This document shows, in pieces, positions 36,301 to 50,685 of a DNA stretch of 64,000 bases; the first letter of the stretch is position 1; each line of letters opens with the position of its first letter. The translations under genes and the position numbers were made by a program. The stretch is from positions 3,906,001-3,970,000 of the forward strand of contig JAYWIR010000012.1 of NCBI GenBank assembly GCA_036172245.1, written 5' to 3'. The notes under the pieces are model-generated. The model was not told the origin of the DNA. It ran no database searches and saw only the letters and a list, made by a program, of their open reading frames with translations. The DNA is from Raillietiella orientalis (Eukaryota).

Positions 36301-37278
36301 AACAGAATCGCATTCGCTTCGCGACCACGCTTCGATGCCCACTGTTCCGAACTCGGAGATTCCGTACCTGTAGGAACCGGGAACAATCGCTTTCCAGCCG
36401 ATAACTCCCCTCTTTCAGAAGCTGGGACACCCAAGCACTGTTCTTCCCACTTGAGACGTCCAAAACTTCCACGAAAAGGGACCTCGTTGCAGAGCGTACT
36501 TCACCTGCATACCACTTCCCCGCCAGACTGGGAACCGCCGAACGGCACGCCCGCCAGTGCCTTGTGGCTTCAACAAGGTGCGCGCGGTGCCCGCTTCGGA
36601 GAAGGTTCCAGGTCTTCCCGAGCGGGTGTTACGCCAAAACTTCTCCGGGTGCAATGAGGGATTCTTCCCGGTCTCCTTGTCTTCTCTCCTCGAGATTGCC
36701 GCGATGCTCTTTCATTTTTCTCGCGTAGCCGTTACTAGTTCCGCCGGTCGGTGCGTCCTGACTGTCGTCCACCTCACCCAGGGGTCTCCGATGCTTCAAC
36801 GAGCAATCTGTTGCTTACCGAAAGTGACATAGACTTGGCAACGCGTGTTCGTCGGGACATCACAACACATCCCAGCACAAACACGAAATAACACAATTTA
36901 AAACAATCATTTGTCTGCCTTTTTCCACTGACAGATGGCAGCTTGAGATTGTGCAAAGGCGAGGAAAGAAAAAGAATGACCCCCCACGCACATTGGCAGC
37001 TACCAGGCAACTAACTACCCATCATTCTTCGCTGGCCTCCACAACCGCCAAATTCCTCAGATCCGCCACATCTCACCGGTCCACGAGACCACCGACCACC
37101 TCATTTCGATTTGCAACCAGTGCATTTCTACACATCGGCACCATTTTACTGTGAGAGGTTGTTGAGAAGAAGGGCAAGTGGGAACAGCAGAACGCTGTTG
37201 TCCTTTAATTTGTTCCCAGCACAAAACAGACTCGAAATTCTCCCCACAAAGGAGAAACTGTGCCCACCAAGCACTCAC

Positions 37279-37367
37279 CTCGCAAATTCTTACAGGAAAT
37301 GCTGCTGGCACAGAATTCTCCAAGAACCACGGATTGCAATTATCACCACCGTCCCAAATCAAAGGAT
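37279..37367 (-). CDS. Candidate exon (D)PLIWDGGDNCNPWFLENSVPAAFPVRICE
   Basis: TTTACTTTAAG| acceptor and GAG|GTGAGT donor (alternative GTAAGA donor ending at 37294). Phase-compatible with the exon at 37609-37673. Confidence 0.5.
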
Positions 37368-37608
37368 CTTAAAGTAAATACGACCAGTTAGGAAAAAAGC
37401 CAATTGAAAACCGGATCGAAAAACCCTCGCTACAGTAATTAGGCCCTGATTAGCCCGAGATTAGGAGACTTTACCCCTCTCTCAGGGAAGGGGAACGTTT
37501 CAACTGAACCAATGCGTGTCCACGTTCGTTCTTTTGAAATAAAGTGAAAAGCGCACATCCCAACTGCGAAAATAGACAAACTGACAGCACGGTGTCACCG
37601 CAACTCAC

Positions 37609-37673
37609 CATGTAGGCAATTTGGTTGACCATGACCAACTCGGGTGCGACTCCCATTTACTGTAACATTAAGG
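37609..37673 (-). CDS. Candidate exon LNVTVNGSRTRVGHGQPNCLH
   Basis: CCATTTGCAG| acceptor, ATG|GTGAGT donor, open frame with two N-x-S/T sequons. Splices in frame to 37367. Confidence 0.5.
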
Positions 37674-38849
37674 CTGCAAATGGAACTCGCACCGGAAAAG
37701 TCTGTCGGCTGTTCCACCTCCTCAAAGCTTCAACCCGAAAGTAAATATTTCTGGCGTTTTCTTCGACCCTTGAGATGTTACTGGATGCCCCCCTCAACAT
37801 GCATCTCGCACGTTCATGGTGTTTCTGAATCAAACTGCAACTTTTTCCTAAGGTACGTGCGATACAATCAACAACTCTCAACGAATAATGTTCAAAATAG
37901 CAGGAGTTCTGGAAACATCTCTGGCAGTGTAATTATGGACCCATTATATATTAATGCCCTTAATTTACCAGGTCTAAAAAGAAAAAAAAATACTGAAATT
38001 GCTCATCATCAACAAAAAGGCATTTATTGAGTAGCAGAGCAAGCAAACAAACACGTCGGCAGTTATTATTATTCAATTACAAGGATATTTCTGCCTCTGT
38101 TCAGTGCGCGCTTCTACTTGCTGAGATAATTACTAACCAAATGAGTTAATGTTTCCATGGGCCCAAAGCTGTTCGCCCTACTAAACCTCGTTTGACTCGG
38201 GAGCTGAACCTGCCACGGTCACTTGGCTGCCTTTAGCCTACCTCCCCAAAGGCACTTGGCAGTCCTGCCGGATAGGAAGCAGGACACTGGGCTGAAGCCA
38301 TATTCCACCCCTCAGCTTAGTCGCATCTGCACCTCTCGTGCCGCGTCCCACGATGCAGAGCGAACTCGGTGGCGCGCGTGTCGGAAAGAATGCCGGTTGC
38401 CCCCCCCCCCCTTCCCACTTCGTTGGTAGCCGGGGGAAAAAACGGCCGGCGCCACCGCCATTTGCTCAGAGGATCAGGATGGAACTTTCCACGAGCATAC
38501 GCCTGTGGCGCTCTGCTGTGCTGCGCTGCAGCCGACCATCAGACGGGTGGCGGGAGACGTGGTCAAAAGCCCTCGCAGTCCTCTGTCGTTGCACGAGGCG
38601 ACCAGAGAATTCGCTGGAGAGAAGGGTAGAGCGAGGGAGGAGAGAAGGAGACGGTAACTCTGCATACTCTTACATAGCCGCCGGCCGACTTCGTCGGACA
38701 TCCTGCAAGGACTCTCCGGAAGCGCTTATGACACGCGGGACACGACGCAGTCAAGCTGGGCACCTCCTACGAACTTAGCGCCATCGGCATCTAACCTACG
38801 GAAAAGCGAGGGAAGTGGGATGGGAGCCCTGCTCCGTCAAATAAATACG

Positions 38850-41480
38850 GAGCTTCTGGGTGGATGTAGACTTCTCAGCTGGTCGGCCAAGGCCATTCGG
38901 AGGACAGCAGGTGGACAGTACAGATGAACAAGTGAAAAATCTCTACCCCCACCTGTGCACACACAACTCTGTGCGCGCCTATCAGAGGGCGGAAGGTTCC
39001 AAGCGTGTGCTGCAGGGCGTAGATTTCTCCCCCGCAACCCACCTGCTGCTCATGACGGGCTGCATACTCAGAAGGCGGGAGGACGTCCCTTTAACTATCC
39101 CCGTGAGGGAGCGCCCAAATGCCCCTGCTGCCTCGATCGTGCCTCCTTTGTCCGAGTACATCCTCCTTCGGCTGAAGGGGGACGTACTGGAAGGGCGGCA
39201 ACGACGGTACGGTTCCGCACCTGCAGCATAACAACGGCGTGCCTGGACGAAGGATAGCACTGGCGATGAAGGGTGGCATGTGGAACCCGCGCATGCATCC
39301 AAAGATGACACCTCTCCCGCCGTTTACACGCGCGTGGCTCGTGATCCCGTGACCTTCTCTCCTCCCGCACCATTCATTTCGATTCCTTACTTGTTAGTGC
39401 TCAACCTCGCAGCACGGTACCCGTGCATGGCTGACCTGCGGCGAGTGCGCATGGGGCTCCATAAACTTTTTTTCCTCTTCCCATATAAAGGATCAGAAGA
39501 ACTGTGATGGGAGGCGACCCACAATGTGAAGGGTAGACGCGGGAATTCAGGATCAGCCAGTACATCCCTGGGGGGATGCACAGGGCGACTGTCTCCTTGA
39601 GGGCGTCGTCCCGGAAATTCTTCCAGAAGGATACATGACCTTCCACTCCACTTCCTACGGAACTGTTAGCGCAGTGCTGCCTTGTCCCATCGTTTTCATA
39701 GATAGGGATTGTTGGGGGAGGACCGACTGCCGATGAGTAGAGACGAGCCATCTGCTGCCACTCCGCTGCTGCAACCATGGCCGCCGCCTCCCCATGTAGT
39801 CCTCCGAGTGGTCTCCGTGGGTTGAGTTGAAGCTTCACTCTCTCGGCGCATTCAGCTGCGTAGTTCCAGAGGCGCACGATCGAATACCTCCTTCGGGACT
39901 CCACGGTGTGAAGGAACACTCCTGCGCGCACGTCTCTCCCCTCTCCAGAGCCTACGTGGTGGATCCGCGGGTTGCGTTCCCAAGCTAGCATTCGGTGGGA
40001 GACGTCCAACAACTGCCCAGTACCACGCCCCGCCATCAAGGTCCTACTCCCCAAAGCTGACTATCTCCAGATCTGCGCACTTCAGAAGCGAAAGAGTAAG
40101 AGAGGGAGGAAGAAAACCGCGAGTTGGGTCCAAATTTATCTTTGCGGCTAGCAGTTCCGTCAACCTCAGCGAACGTGCCAACTTTGGCCCACCCTGCTTT
40201 GATAAGGTGGACCGAAGTTCAACGTTACTTTCACAGCGGTAGGCAAGAAGGTAAACGGGAAGCGGAGATTCGTGAGCCGCTGCCCCCCAACGCTTCCACC
40301 AACAACCCACAGAGCTGTTGCCAGACCTTGCGCCCTTTTGTCAGCCGCGAATCACCCAGAGGTGGCTCCCTCTCCTTCCGGTCTGGATGAGTCCAAGTGT
40401 ATACGCGCGGCAGCTCCGGGACGCTGTAGCGCCTTACACGAACGCATGCGCCCTGGTTTGATGGGGTGGGGACATCCCTTCGGGTGACTACGCCCCCAAC
40501 GGGAGAACGCCCCATTGTCAGGACTCCTTCCTCACTATATGATCACCACCGGTGTTCCTGTCCTGTATGGACGACGACAGGGACCGAACGGTTGTAACAA
40601 AATAGGTGGGAAGTGAAGCGGAACAGTAAGGTGAATGGGGAGGAGGAGCAAAGCATGAAGACAAGAGGGTCGCGATTGCCTCGGGAGACTAGTGCCTCTA
40701 TGGAGGAAGAGGGTGACTGAGTCCTTGGACAGAGATCGGAGGTTGTGTAATGTGCACTCGGATTCGGGCACACTGTTCCTGGTCGGCAACGGGAGAGCGT
40801 CTGCAAAAGAGCGCCGACTTTTCCCTCCTCCCCCACTACGCTCGCCTGCAAACTTGAACTACTAGATGGCACGATGTCACCTGAACAGAAAGATTGGGGA
40901 GGAAGGAACTTCTGCTGCACATCCGGGACAGGAGAGAGGTTGGGACAGGAATAAGACACCTCGCGGTTAGGCGGGAGCGACCGATCTCCAAGTCTCGCCT
41001 TCCAGGGGTCCCAAGCGGAGCAGCAAGAAATTTTCTCCCACGAAAAGCTGCCGCAATTTTCTTCCTACGGGTGGGCTTCAAATTGCTTCCGCCTACCGGG
41101 AAGACGACCAGCAGGACACACCCATCCCTCTCCTCCCGGGAGAATGAGGAAGGGACATGTGACACATCCACGTGACGGGAGGAGGTGCTTCTCGCCTACT
41201 CCGAAAACATCTAGAAACAGCAACTAGGAAAGCACCCGTCGATTCGCTTTCTCCGCCCCTTCCTTCTCCCCTCACCCTATTCATTTCCTCGAGAAAAAGG
41301 TGCCCGCAAGCCTACCCACCTTTCCCTTAACCAACCAAGCTAATGAAGTGCTTGATGCCCTCAGGCGGAGGTGGAAAACAGCAGAGCACCATATGGAGGC
41401 GTACACGAAAAAGCACCACCTTAAACACAGGGTTCCACACCCTTTTCCTTTCCTTTCCGGGCTCTCTTCAAATCAGGGAG
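38850..41480 (+). mobile_element. Decayed Ty3/gypsy LTR retrotransposon pol (RT-RNase H-integrase); no LTRs recognised
   Basis: PVRERP..EYILLRLKGDVLE..YGSAP (RT start), MKGGMWNPRMHP (motif 3), QYIPG, RTDC (TDAS-like), IRWTE/FNVTF..GKKVN..FVSR (RNase H end), VHSDSGTLF..ESVCKR (integrase). Possible gag remnant at ~38450-38780. Confidence 0.65.
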
Positions 41481-41899
41481 GACTCCAGTTTTCCCTTCGA
41501 GTTCTCTCGTGGGACGAGGTCACAAACTGAGGGATTTCTGCTGTCTTAAAGCAGCCACACTGCTGGAATCATGGCCAACGGACACGGTATTTATTTTTCT
41601 CATATTCAACTACATTCTAAGGATTTTGTTGGCTCGCATCATGTTCTTCTGTGTTGCAATGAACTTTACAGTAGCCGTTCACGTAAAACCCAACTTTTAA
41701 CGGTTCGGTTTACTGCTGTTCCCATTAACAAGGAACAGCATTTAACCTGAACAACCAGTTGCTGAAATATCTTGCCCTGATCTCTTTGTCACTGACAAGG
41801 TTGTAAAAATTGTGAGTAAAAACTCTGTACATGTTGGGCGTGGAAAAGCTAAGCTCACCGTAGCCACAGGCCCACGTCACGGACCGAGGCCTCGTTCGA

Positions 41900-43050
41900 T
41901 TCGTGACTGACCGCAGCTAGGACTTCATCCTCCCCACGGTGAGGAACGACCGCCGGCTTTCCGGCTTCGATTCCGATACAAACCAATACACTCCTACACA
42001 AGCACCACCAATCCTATGAAAACGTGCAGTCCTCATGAGAAACCATCCCAGCCATAGGGCACATCTGCACTTCCTGTTTTCTCCTTCTGCCCTCTTACCG
42101 ATGCTCCACGCACCCTGTCGGTCGAACATAGCAAAAGACTCCATCCCCAACAACACGTAAGTGCGGGGAGCACATAAAAAAGCATTTTCCTTCTATACAC
42201 CTACTTGTAGTACTCCCTTACCCCCAGTGGATTCGAACCATTCCCTAAATACTGCTTTCATCAATGCCATGTCTCCCCTTGTCGGATGCTGACCACCACC
42301 GCATGGCGTCCAAAATCTTCCCTTCGACTAAACCTTCAGTCACATGACCTACCTTCAGAAATATCATCATCGATTGAAAAACAAAAACCTGTACAATCAT
42401 GAACGTCTTTTAAAATCCTCCTCTGATCGGAAACGCCACTAGTACTTGTGCGCAAAAAAAAGGTGTACCATTCTTTAAAGATAGAATCAATCAGGATAGT
42501 GAGTGATAATCAAAGACTGTTACTGTAAATCTTCTACTTCCTAGAACCAACCTGCTCAGCATCGGGACCACAAAAACTTCCTTCCCAATGTAAATCCTTC
42601 ATCTTCCCAGAAACTCTTGACTTCAGGATCATACTTCTTGCTCTTGAATCAACATCCCATGCGGATGCCTTCTTTATCACAAAACATTTATCAATGGTAC
42701 CTGCTCACATCCCGGTCGAGCAATTCTAAAATTTCAGAATGCGACATCCCCAAACATTCACATCGCTGCTAATCCTTCTGCCCCGTCCTTCATTTACTCT
42801 ATCGACATCCCCGTTATCACCAAACTAGTGAGAAAACTTAATTTAACTCTTGAGCGAGGGATCAGTGTTCACCTCTATGGAATTTTACTCGGATATACAT
42901 ATACATATTAAACAAAAAGAGAACACCCTGCACTCAGCACCTGAGCCCCACTGATCGCACCCCATTTCAATGCTTCTGGCTACCACAAAAAAAGTCAGTT
43001 TATTGCCAAGAACCTCTCGTACTCGCAAACGGCACACTCACCAGCTCTTG
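41900..43050 (-). mobile_element. Old AT-rich LINE RT remnant (clade unclear)
   Basis: GLR..QGVLFLFNMY (motif 4, ~42950-42900), FGDN (motif 5-like), VLPALT/GMES..IGKRAEG..LGW (thumb). Many stops. Confidence 0.5.
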
Positions 43051-46000
43051 CCTCGAGATCTCACCCCTGCGTATTCATCCTGGTGCATCCAGTATGGGCC
43101 TCCCTCATGCCCACGGCAGCTTGGGAGTCGGGTCTGTCCTTGGTAATCCGCCTGACCCACCTACAACTCCTACATAAATCTGCAATCTGATTCTATTCTC
43201 AGTCCAAACTGGGAACTACTTACCCATCCAGAACGAACACATCGTACTTGAGTTGTTGTACCACATCCTGCAGCGTATTCAGCGTACAACTATCCTTTAC
43301 AACGGGGGGGGGGGGAGGGAAAAAAAAAAAAAACCTGCATTTCCGAATAACTACTGTACCGAAACACCTCAGGAAGCGAATTGAACTTAATCTTGAACTT
43401 TTGGTGGATGCAATCCGGAAGAAAGGGTGACGATCAGAACCACATCACTGTTTTATGCATTTACATACAAAATTACATAAATGTTCAACTTACGAGCACT
43501 GTATGTGTAACAAACACAATGCACTCTTCGGTCTGAAACTATGCATCTGTGATATCTCTGAGAGGAAATCAACGAGTAGGGAATTAGCAGTTGTCAAGCA
43601 AACTCCCCTAGCATTTCCCACCACTGCCGAGCCGAGCAGGTCCGCCTCCCCACCCTTCCAGAATCCACGGCCTATGCAAGAGCATCCTCTTTCTGCTTTG
43701 CAAACACGATTTTGCCACAACACCTCCACAGAACGCCTGAAATGGCACTGCAAGGAGGGAAACCGACGTGGACTCCACGGTCGCCGACTGGAGCCATCTT
43801 CGCGCCGGATGCTCGGTCGCCGCGCGCCTGGTGACGTCCGTGCACAGGATGGCGACGCATCCGGCCGAAGGAGGGAAGAGTGAGAGCGGATTCGCCTCCT
43901 CCGCGGACTCTGGAGAAAATTCTTCCCCCGCGCGCGGAGCCCGCGGACCCCTCCGAGGCGACGGTCGGCGTTGGAAGGAGAGCCGGGCCAGGACCTGCGG
44001 AAGAGCACACGTGCTGGCTGCGGTGCCCAACGATTCCGCGAAAGGACGCACCATCTCTCCCCCCCCCCCCCGACCCCCACCGCCCCACCAACCTCGTCTT
44101 CGTGGAGATCCCGCCCCAAGAAAGGCCGTCGGCAAAGGCTTCTGGTCATGTGGCCGATGGAAGCGACAGAAGGTTAGGCCGCAATCTCCTCTCCCCCCAT
44201 CCATCGGGGTTGAATGGGCACCCTTAGGGGGGAGGGGTGTCACCCTGAGGCGCCGAGACGAAGTTCACCGACCTCGATCGAATGCTTGACAACTCTTTTT
44301 TTTTCTTTGCTAAATACTGGGCGACTTGTTCGTCGCCGGGGAAAGGGAGGCGGAACGAGGCGTGGGGAGGAGGAAGAGGAAAAAGTCGCGTAGGGAATCG
44401 CGCGATTCGGAACTTGCTGCTCGAATGAATGATTTCGTCTGCGGATGAAGTTACTTCTCTCTCCTCTCCCGGAGGTCACCCAGAAAGACGCCCTGCAAGC
44501 GTATTGCTCGCCACCGTCCTCCGCGATGGGAACTTTGGATCAGGGAAGCAGGGAGACAGGGGGGAGGGGAACACCGAACACACTGCCTCCTCGGTGTTTT
44601 ATGAAAGACAGGTCGGAGTCGCACGGGCCGCTCGCTCAGCCGACGCGTCCCACGCTTGTTTTCGCGCGAGGTGGTCACCTTGCATGACCTCTGGGGATGT
44701 CGAGGATCTGCAAGCGAAACTCGGTCGCATCTTCTCCATCCGCGAATTCGAGAGACCTTCAGGACGCGGACCCATTGAACTCGGCCTTCCTGGACCGCTT
44801 TAGTTTGTTTTCTACATCACATGTTCAGTGAGGAACTAGACTCTAAGGAGCCGCTCCCATGGTGACTGGTAACCCTGCGATCGACACATTCCGCTGTAGT
44901 ACGCGAGGTGGTAATGCATCTGATCCTACCGTGACCTGCCAAATACAAGAGCTCGTGCTGGCCACCAGTTTTTGTTCCAGCAAGGGTCACCATCGACTGC
45001 AGAGGCGGCGGGGCTGAGTTGTGGTTTCGCCTTCCCTCCCTGCTCGCGTGTTCCGGGTTCCACCGAGTATCTGTCCAAGTGATGCCCCGGAGGACGGATG
45101 CTACTAGGGTTCGCGGGGGAGCTCGCAAGTGCTCCCTGCGTGCGACGCACCGCAGCGCACTTTGTGCGCATCGGTGCAAGGACATCCTGGAATTCGCAGC
45201 TGGAGCGCGTTCCGTTCCTGGATTCTCGATGCGATGGAACTGCGATTCCCCCTCCTCCCAAGGCGTGCCGTGGCATCGGTGGCGTTATCGTCTTGCACGT
45301 CCATTCCCATACCTTGTTAAGAGGCGGCGGAGGAAGAACAAAAACAAACAAAAGACAAAACCAGGGCGAGAATACAAATTCGCCATCTTCCGCTTCGTTT
45401 CTCCCGGTTGCTGCATCCGCCATCAATTTGAACTGGAATGTTCAGCCGCTCGCAGGCCCCATACCCCTTAATGAACTTCCAGAATGGTTCGGGGTTCGAC
45501 CAATAGGTAGGCGCGCGAAGCGTCTCAGTTTTGTGCCGCAGTCCAACTGAAACGCGCGCGCGCTGGTCGTTGCGTGGCGACAGATGTCTGCGGACACGTC
45601 CTCTGGTATTTCTCTCTTAAAACTGAATCGATTTGTTGCAAAGAAAAAATTTTTTTTAACCAAAACTCTCCCAATTCTGAGTTTCCTTTTTTTTATTTTT
45701 AAAGTCTGCCGAAGCAAGTCACTCTAGAAGCACAACACAGGAAATGCTTTTTTTTCATTTCGTTACAAAGGCGACTGATCTCACTGCGCACCGGAAACGG
45801 ATGCACCTTCGAGAATCATCGAATTGGCATTTTATTATGAGGGACTGCAACAAACATTCCAGTTCAAAACTCTGGATTTTTTGAAGATGAATGCAGCCGA
45901 GAAACTTCAAAGGCTCGTTTTCACAAGGAACAGTTCATTAGACCACGCAGGGTTGCCCCCTGTCTTGTGAAATTAATCCAGTATAAATATACAAAACATA

Positions 46001-47589
46001 TCCTTCGGAGTTGCTTTGAGTTTTTCTTAAAATTTTATCTGAAAGGAAAGCTTACAGCCGCTTCACGGATTCTGCGACGTTTGCAATGTTTCATTGACTG
46101 AGGATGCGATGCATAAAAAGAACACCTTTTACAAATCCTTTTAAAATCCTTGAATCTGAATGAATTCCTGAAGAAAGCCAGAGATAAACCTTGTGTGTAT
46201 TGACGGCATCGAGGGAGTTGTAGGGAAATGGTCGAGATACATGCGCCTAGACGGAAGAGTGCAAAAGGTCAGCGAGAGTATAGCTGATAGCATGGATGGA
46301 TGAGATTCACCACTCACAGGTCACCGGAAATCCCGAACATTGCTGATCCATATCAAATCTGACTGGCTCGCTGTTCGAAGCCTCCGCATCTATCGGAGCT
46401 GGTCCTTGACCACATCACAATACCTGTAAGGGAAAGACCGAAAAAGCGATGGTTCCGAGCGCATGTGCCACTTCTTGTCAAGCTGGCGACTGGAGGCATA
46501 CTGAGGAGAAGCCATTGCACCCGGCAAGAAGCCAATCAGTTGCTTGGAGGCTCGCAAGTGCGGTATCCAAGCATCACTGACTCTTCATCGCACGTGCTCC
46601 GCCCCGAGCAAGGGTTGAGGAAGCACGCCCGAAGCAGAAACCGAAATCGATACCGATTCGGATCGCAGGATCACGCTAAATTCTGACCGCTTTCACTTTC
46701 AGGACCTGCGAGGAGGAGTGGATGCAAAGTACCACAGGCTCGCTCTCGCGAACCGAGGCGTGCGTCAGCCTCGACGGGATGAGCTCAGGGAGCTCGTGTT
46801 CGAGGCCAGAACAGCTCCCCACGTCCTCCGCAAAGCTCCCGGATCTATGCGGACCTTCCTCAGATTCGTACAGTTCCCATAAATGCCTACAGCGAACAGT
46901 GTGGAGCTGCGATCGCAGGATGTGGTCAGCCCCGACCAGGCAACGCGCATGCGCAGGCGAATTTGTGGGGCACGAACTAGGGTCGTGGGGATTCCTAAGG
47001 AACAACTCTTCGCGGAGTATTCGCAGAAGTGCCGTCCATGAGAAGCAGTGGCATTGCAAGAGGAGGAAAGGGAGAGGGGGAAGAGGGGTCAGGGTTCTTT
47101 ACTGCAAGGAAGCGCGCGGAGAGTACGAACTCCAGGGGCCTCTCTGTGGCGTGGCGCCGCTGAAAGTGCGCAGTGACAACTCCCCGGGGAGGGCAGACTC
47201 ATCGCACGATGCTCTCTGCCGCCCTTTCAGATCCAGGCGCCATTCTCTTCCCCCTCCTCCTCCTCTTTCATGTATCGTCTGCCTTCCAGGAGAGCTCGAT
47301 TCACCGGCGACTCTAGGATGGTGGTGGCGGCAGTCGGAAGTTTCAAACCAGACACACTCGGCTAGGTCACCGTCCCCAGAGAGATGGGGGCGACGCCTGC
47401 AAGGCGACGCGCATCCGGGCAAGCCGACTCGGACGTGGCGCTCCTCGGGTCGAAAGAAGAAAAAACAAACAAAAGGAAAAAAAGGCAGAGTGCTTCCTCC
47501 TTTCCTTGGCTCTGGATCCGTTGGGTGTACTCCAGCACTCCATCGTTCTCGAGAGATCTACGGTCTCTCGAGGAGAACGCAACTGAAGA

Positions 47590-47790
47590 GTGCGGAGAGG
47601 AAGGGAGGAGGAGGACTCAGCACGGAGGAGCAAGAACGGGGAGAAAGACGGGAGGAGCTCGATAGAGCGAAGAGCAAGACGGGAAGGGGACAGAGGAAGG
47701 GAGGAGGAAGAAGCGAAAGGATGAAAGGAGGGAGAAGGAAGATGGGAAGGGGTGGGAGGACGGCGGAGAGAGGAAGGGTGGTGCTGATGC
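47590..47790. repeat. Purine-rich (GA) low-complexity tract
   Basis: Almost only G/A on the + strand. Confidence 0.8.
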
Positions 47791-48979
47791 GAGGCGGAGA
47801 AACGCGGATATCCGGAACTGGGTTCTCTATTGCTCCCTCTGAACAGCTCCAGAGTCGAATGCTCCGAAGTGCGCGGGCCATCCCAACCCATTGCAACTGC
47901 CAGGGAAGAAGGCGTAGTTGCACTCCTTCTCCCTCCCCTCTCAACTCCCCGTTTGAGAGGAGCATCTTGGTCCTACATCTCCTTGCTCTCACCTCTCCTT
48001 CCTTCCTGTCCCCATTGTAGCATCAGAGGTTCTTCTCGACGGTGCGGATACGGACATGACCCGATGGAAGTCCTACAGCTGCTTGTTCCCCTTCCTCTCG
48101 CTCTCTCTTTCTTCCCCTCCGGATTTTTTTAGCGCTGGTGCTGGGAAATCGGGGAAGACCCCCTGCATGCTTCGAGCGGACTCGGTCGCGACGTAAGTCC
48201 AGGGGTGCCTGGGCGTCTCTGAGGGAGCAGCGCGGGCAGGGGATGCCATCCCTCCCACGAGAAGAAATCTGCAGATCCGAAGGGGGGGCCCTCGGGGAAG
48301 CCTGCTTCCAGAAAGCTCGTGGACGTCCCTCTCCTAAGATGCTCAGCATCTTCACGGAACTGAATACTGGAGCGTGCCGCCACCAGCTCATGACTCTCGC
48401 TCTTTGCCTTTTGGGAAGATGCTGAAGAAACGGATGATACCTAAGATTCCTGCGTACGCTCGGCTGGCGGAGACAGACTTGCTAGCAAGCCTCATAGCCC
48501 CGCCCTGGAGACGAATGGGTCCAGGATCCACGTGCGGGGCAGCAGGCGGTGCTGATTGCATCTTCTTTCGAAGACGAAAGGAAATACAATTTCGGGGTCA
48601 CCGAAAGAATCGTAGGCGCCGAGTTGTTCCGGAGGAGGAGGTCCTGCCGACGACAACATTCTCACCTATCTTGTTTCGTGATAGCATCCGTCGCGAGCCC
48701 CACCCTGCTTCCGTGCATTGTTTCACCTACCTCCTGCTTTTTGGGGCTGCTTGAAGCTAGCCATTCTCTTCGCTGAAAGCGGGGATAGTTGTTTCCAAGG
48801 CGGCGGAAGAGCATCTCCCCTCCCACGTCGACCTGCGGTCAAACACTTCCTCCGCGGGCTAAGGGGACAGTGCGCTTTCGCGTAGGAACAGGGGGAGGAT
48901 CTCGAGAGATGTTGCTCCCTGCTCAACGAGGCTTCCGCAACCTCATGCAAGAGATGATTAAGCATCGCATGCTTCTTCC

Positions 48980-50200
48980 TTCTGGACGAGCCGGGGCGCT
49001 TCTTGTACATGCATAAAAGTCGTACTGGTAGCACTGCCTGTCTTACCATGTTCGAAGTGAACCTGCCGAAGATACCTACGAGATTCGCCCAGGCAACAGA
49101 GGAAAGGGGAATAAATGAATAAATGGAAACAGAAAGGGAACGGGATGAAAAGAAATGAATAAATGGAGTTCTCGGGGGGAGGAGGGGGGCTGGAATGAGA
49201 TCACCTTCTTCTAGGGCGCGTCCTCCTCATCCTTTCAAGGATGCCGGCAAGTTCCTTTTGTATGGAAGGCATGACGTCACGTTCCTCAGAGGGCGAATGG
49301 CGAAGTGGATGGGGTCTCTGACGTGCTGTCCTCTATCGGCGGGGGTGCAGACCGTGACAATCCCGCGAAGGCAGCAAGCAAACAGCTCCTAGGGACGCGG
49401 CTGGAGACAGAGCATCCTACAGGAAGAAGCGCTGCAAAGCGCTTCTGGGATTGTTCTTGGAATCCGGAGGTAGTCGCGAAATGCTCCCAAAGGGGTCGGA
49501 GGGTAACAAACCACAAGCAGGTGCGAGAACTCTGTTCCTCCGCGCGTGCGGCAGTTCGAGTCTTCACTCCTTCTGGACCCATGGTGCCGGGCGGCTGTTG
49601 CAGGAGAGACCCCGGTCCAACATCAAGAGCACCGACTCTCGCTTCTTGACGGTAAGCGTAAATGTGTCCACAAACACTGCGGGCAGCACCAGACCTTCTG
49701 GGGGGGAATCTCCAGAAGATGAGGTCGGCGGATGGACCCTTTCGGAGGGGCAGTTGGGGTGGCAGCGTCGGGAAGATACAAATCCAGCAAGAGGTTTCTT
49801 CCTGCGCACCATTTCGCAGGAGACTTCCCACCTCCCCGCAAGGCAGCTACCCATTTCCACCCTTCGGTAGGGCAGCGCCGCGCGGGGTTCCTGAGGTGCC
49901 TGGAGGGAGGACGGCCTTCGGCGTGCAACCCCCGACCTCTTTCGACGTGCAGCGAGATCAGCCCCGGAGCATCGCGGGCGCTGTGATTGCTCCAGGCCCG
50001 CGGCGTTGATCCCCGTCCACGTTCGAGCTGTTTCCTGTGGCATCTCACGTGTTCGGGAAGCAAACACCCCTCCGAGCTTTCCGGCTCGCTCAGAGAGCCC
50101 CAGGTGGTTCGGGCAGGGAGCTGCTGCGTCGAAACGGGCACGTACGTGAAAGCGCGGGAGCGAGCCGAACGAGCGCGGTTGCAGCCCAAGCCAACACGAA
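48980..50200 (-). mobile_element. 5'-truncated Tx1 copy J
   Basis: SCLAGRWEVSCEM, LLMLDRGLSCNSR, NCRTRGGTEFSHLLVVC, CCLRGIV and KELAGILERM. T-rich UTR and a degenerate AAGAAGCGCCCCGGC terminus. Confidence 0.8.
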
Positions 50201-50588
50201 GGCGATGCGTCTGTCCTGTTAAGATTTCTTTCCTCCTCCCCCCCCTTTTTTTCCTTCCTCTTCTCTTCTTCCCCTTTCATTTGGTCATTTTGCATGCCGT
50301 GTGGTCTGTGTGCTTCGTTGCGCAATGGATTCTGCCTCGATGGAGGCTCGCTGACGTCACACGCGAGCTCGCTGACGTGACAGCGCAAATGGCGGCACCT
50401 CGGAGCACCGCGACGCGGGAAAATGAGCTGGACCAAATCCTGCGACACTCGAGAAAACTTTGAAATGCTTGGGCCTTTGAGCAACCTCGGAGCTGAATAA
50501 ATTCCTTCTGCTTTATGTGCTTGCCATGCTGTAGAAAGCAAAGAATGCCACAAACTCTTTTTGCTTGCAGCTGCAGACGACCTCTTAC

Positions 50589-50685
50589 AATGTTTAAACG
50601 ATAGGAAACGTGTTCCATGAGACCATCTGGTGCGCCAAACATCATTATTTTTCAAATAGATTGGTTCTCTTGGATTGCGAATGAG
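50589..50685 (-). CDS. Candidate exon LIRNPREPIYLKNNDVWRTRWSHGTRFLSFKH
   Basis: ACTTTATGTAG| acceptor, T|GTAAGA donor, only one open frame. Confidence 0.3.

Noticed and set aside
43804..43865. Inverted repeat GCCGGATGC/GCATCCGGC resembling a bacterial REP
   Set aside because: A single 9-bp pair in GC-rich eukaryotic DNA is expected by chance.
46722..48020. 432-aa ORF
   Set aside because: Its length is explained by a stop-poor GA-rich tract; no motif was recognised.
49564..50655. 363-aa ORF as a single gene
   Set aside because: It joins unique sequence, a purine tract and a Tx1 ORF2 tail.
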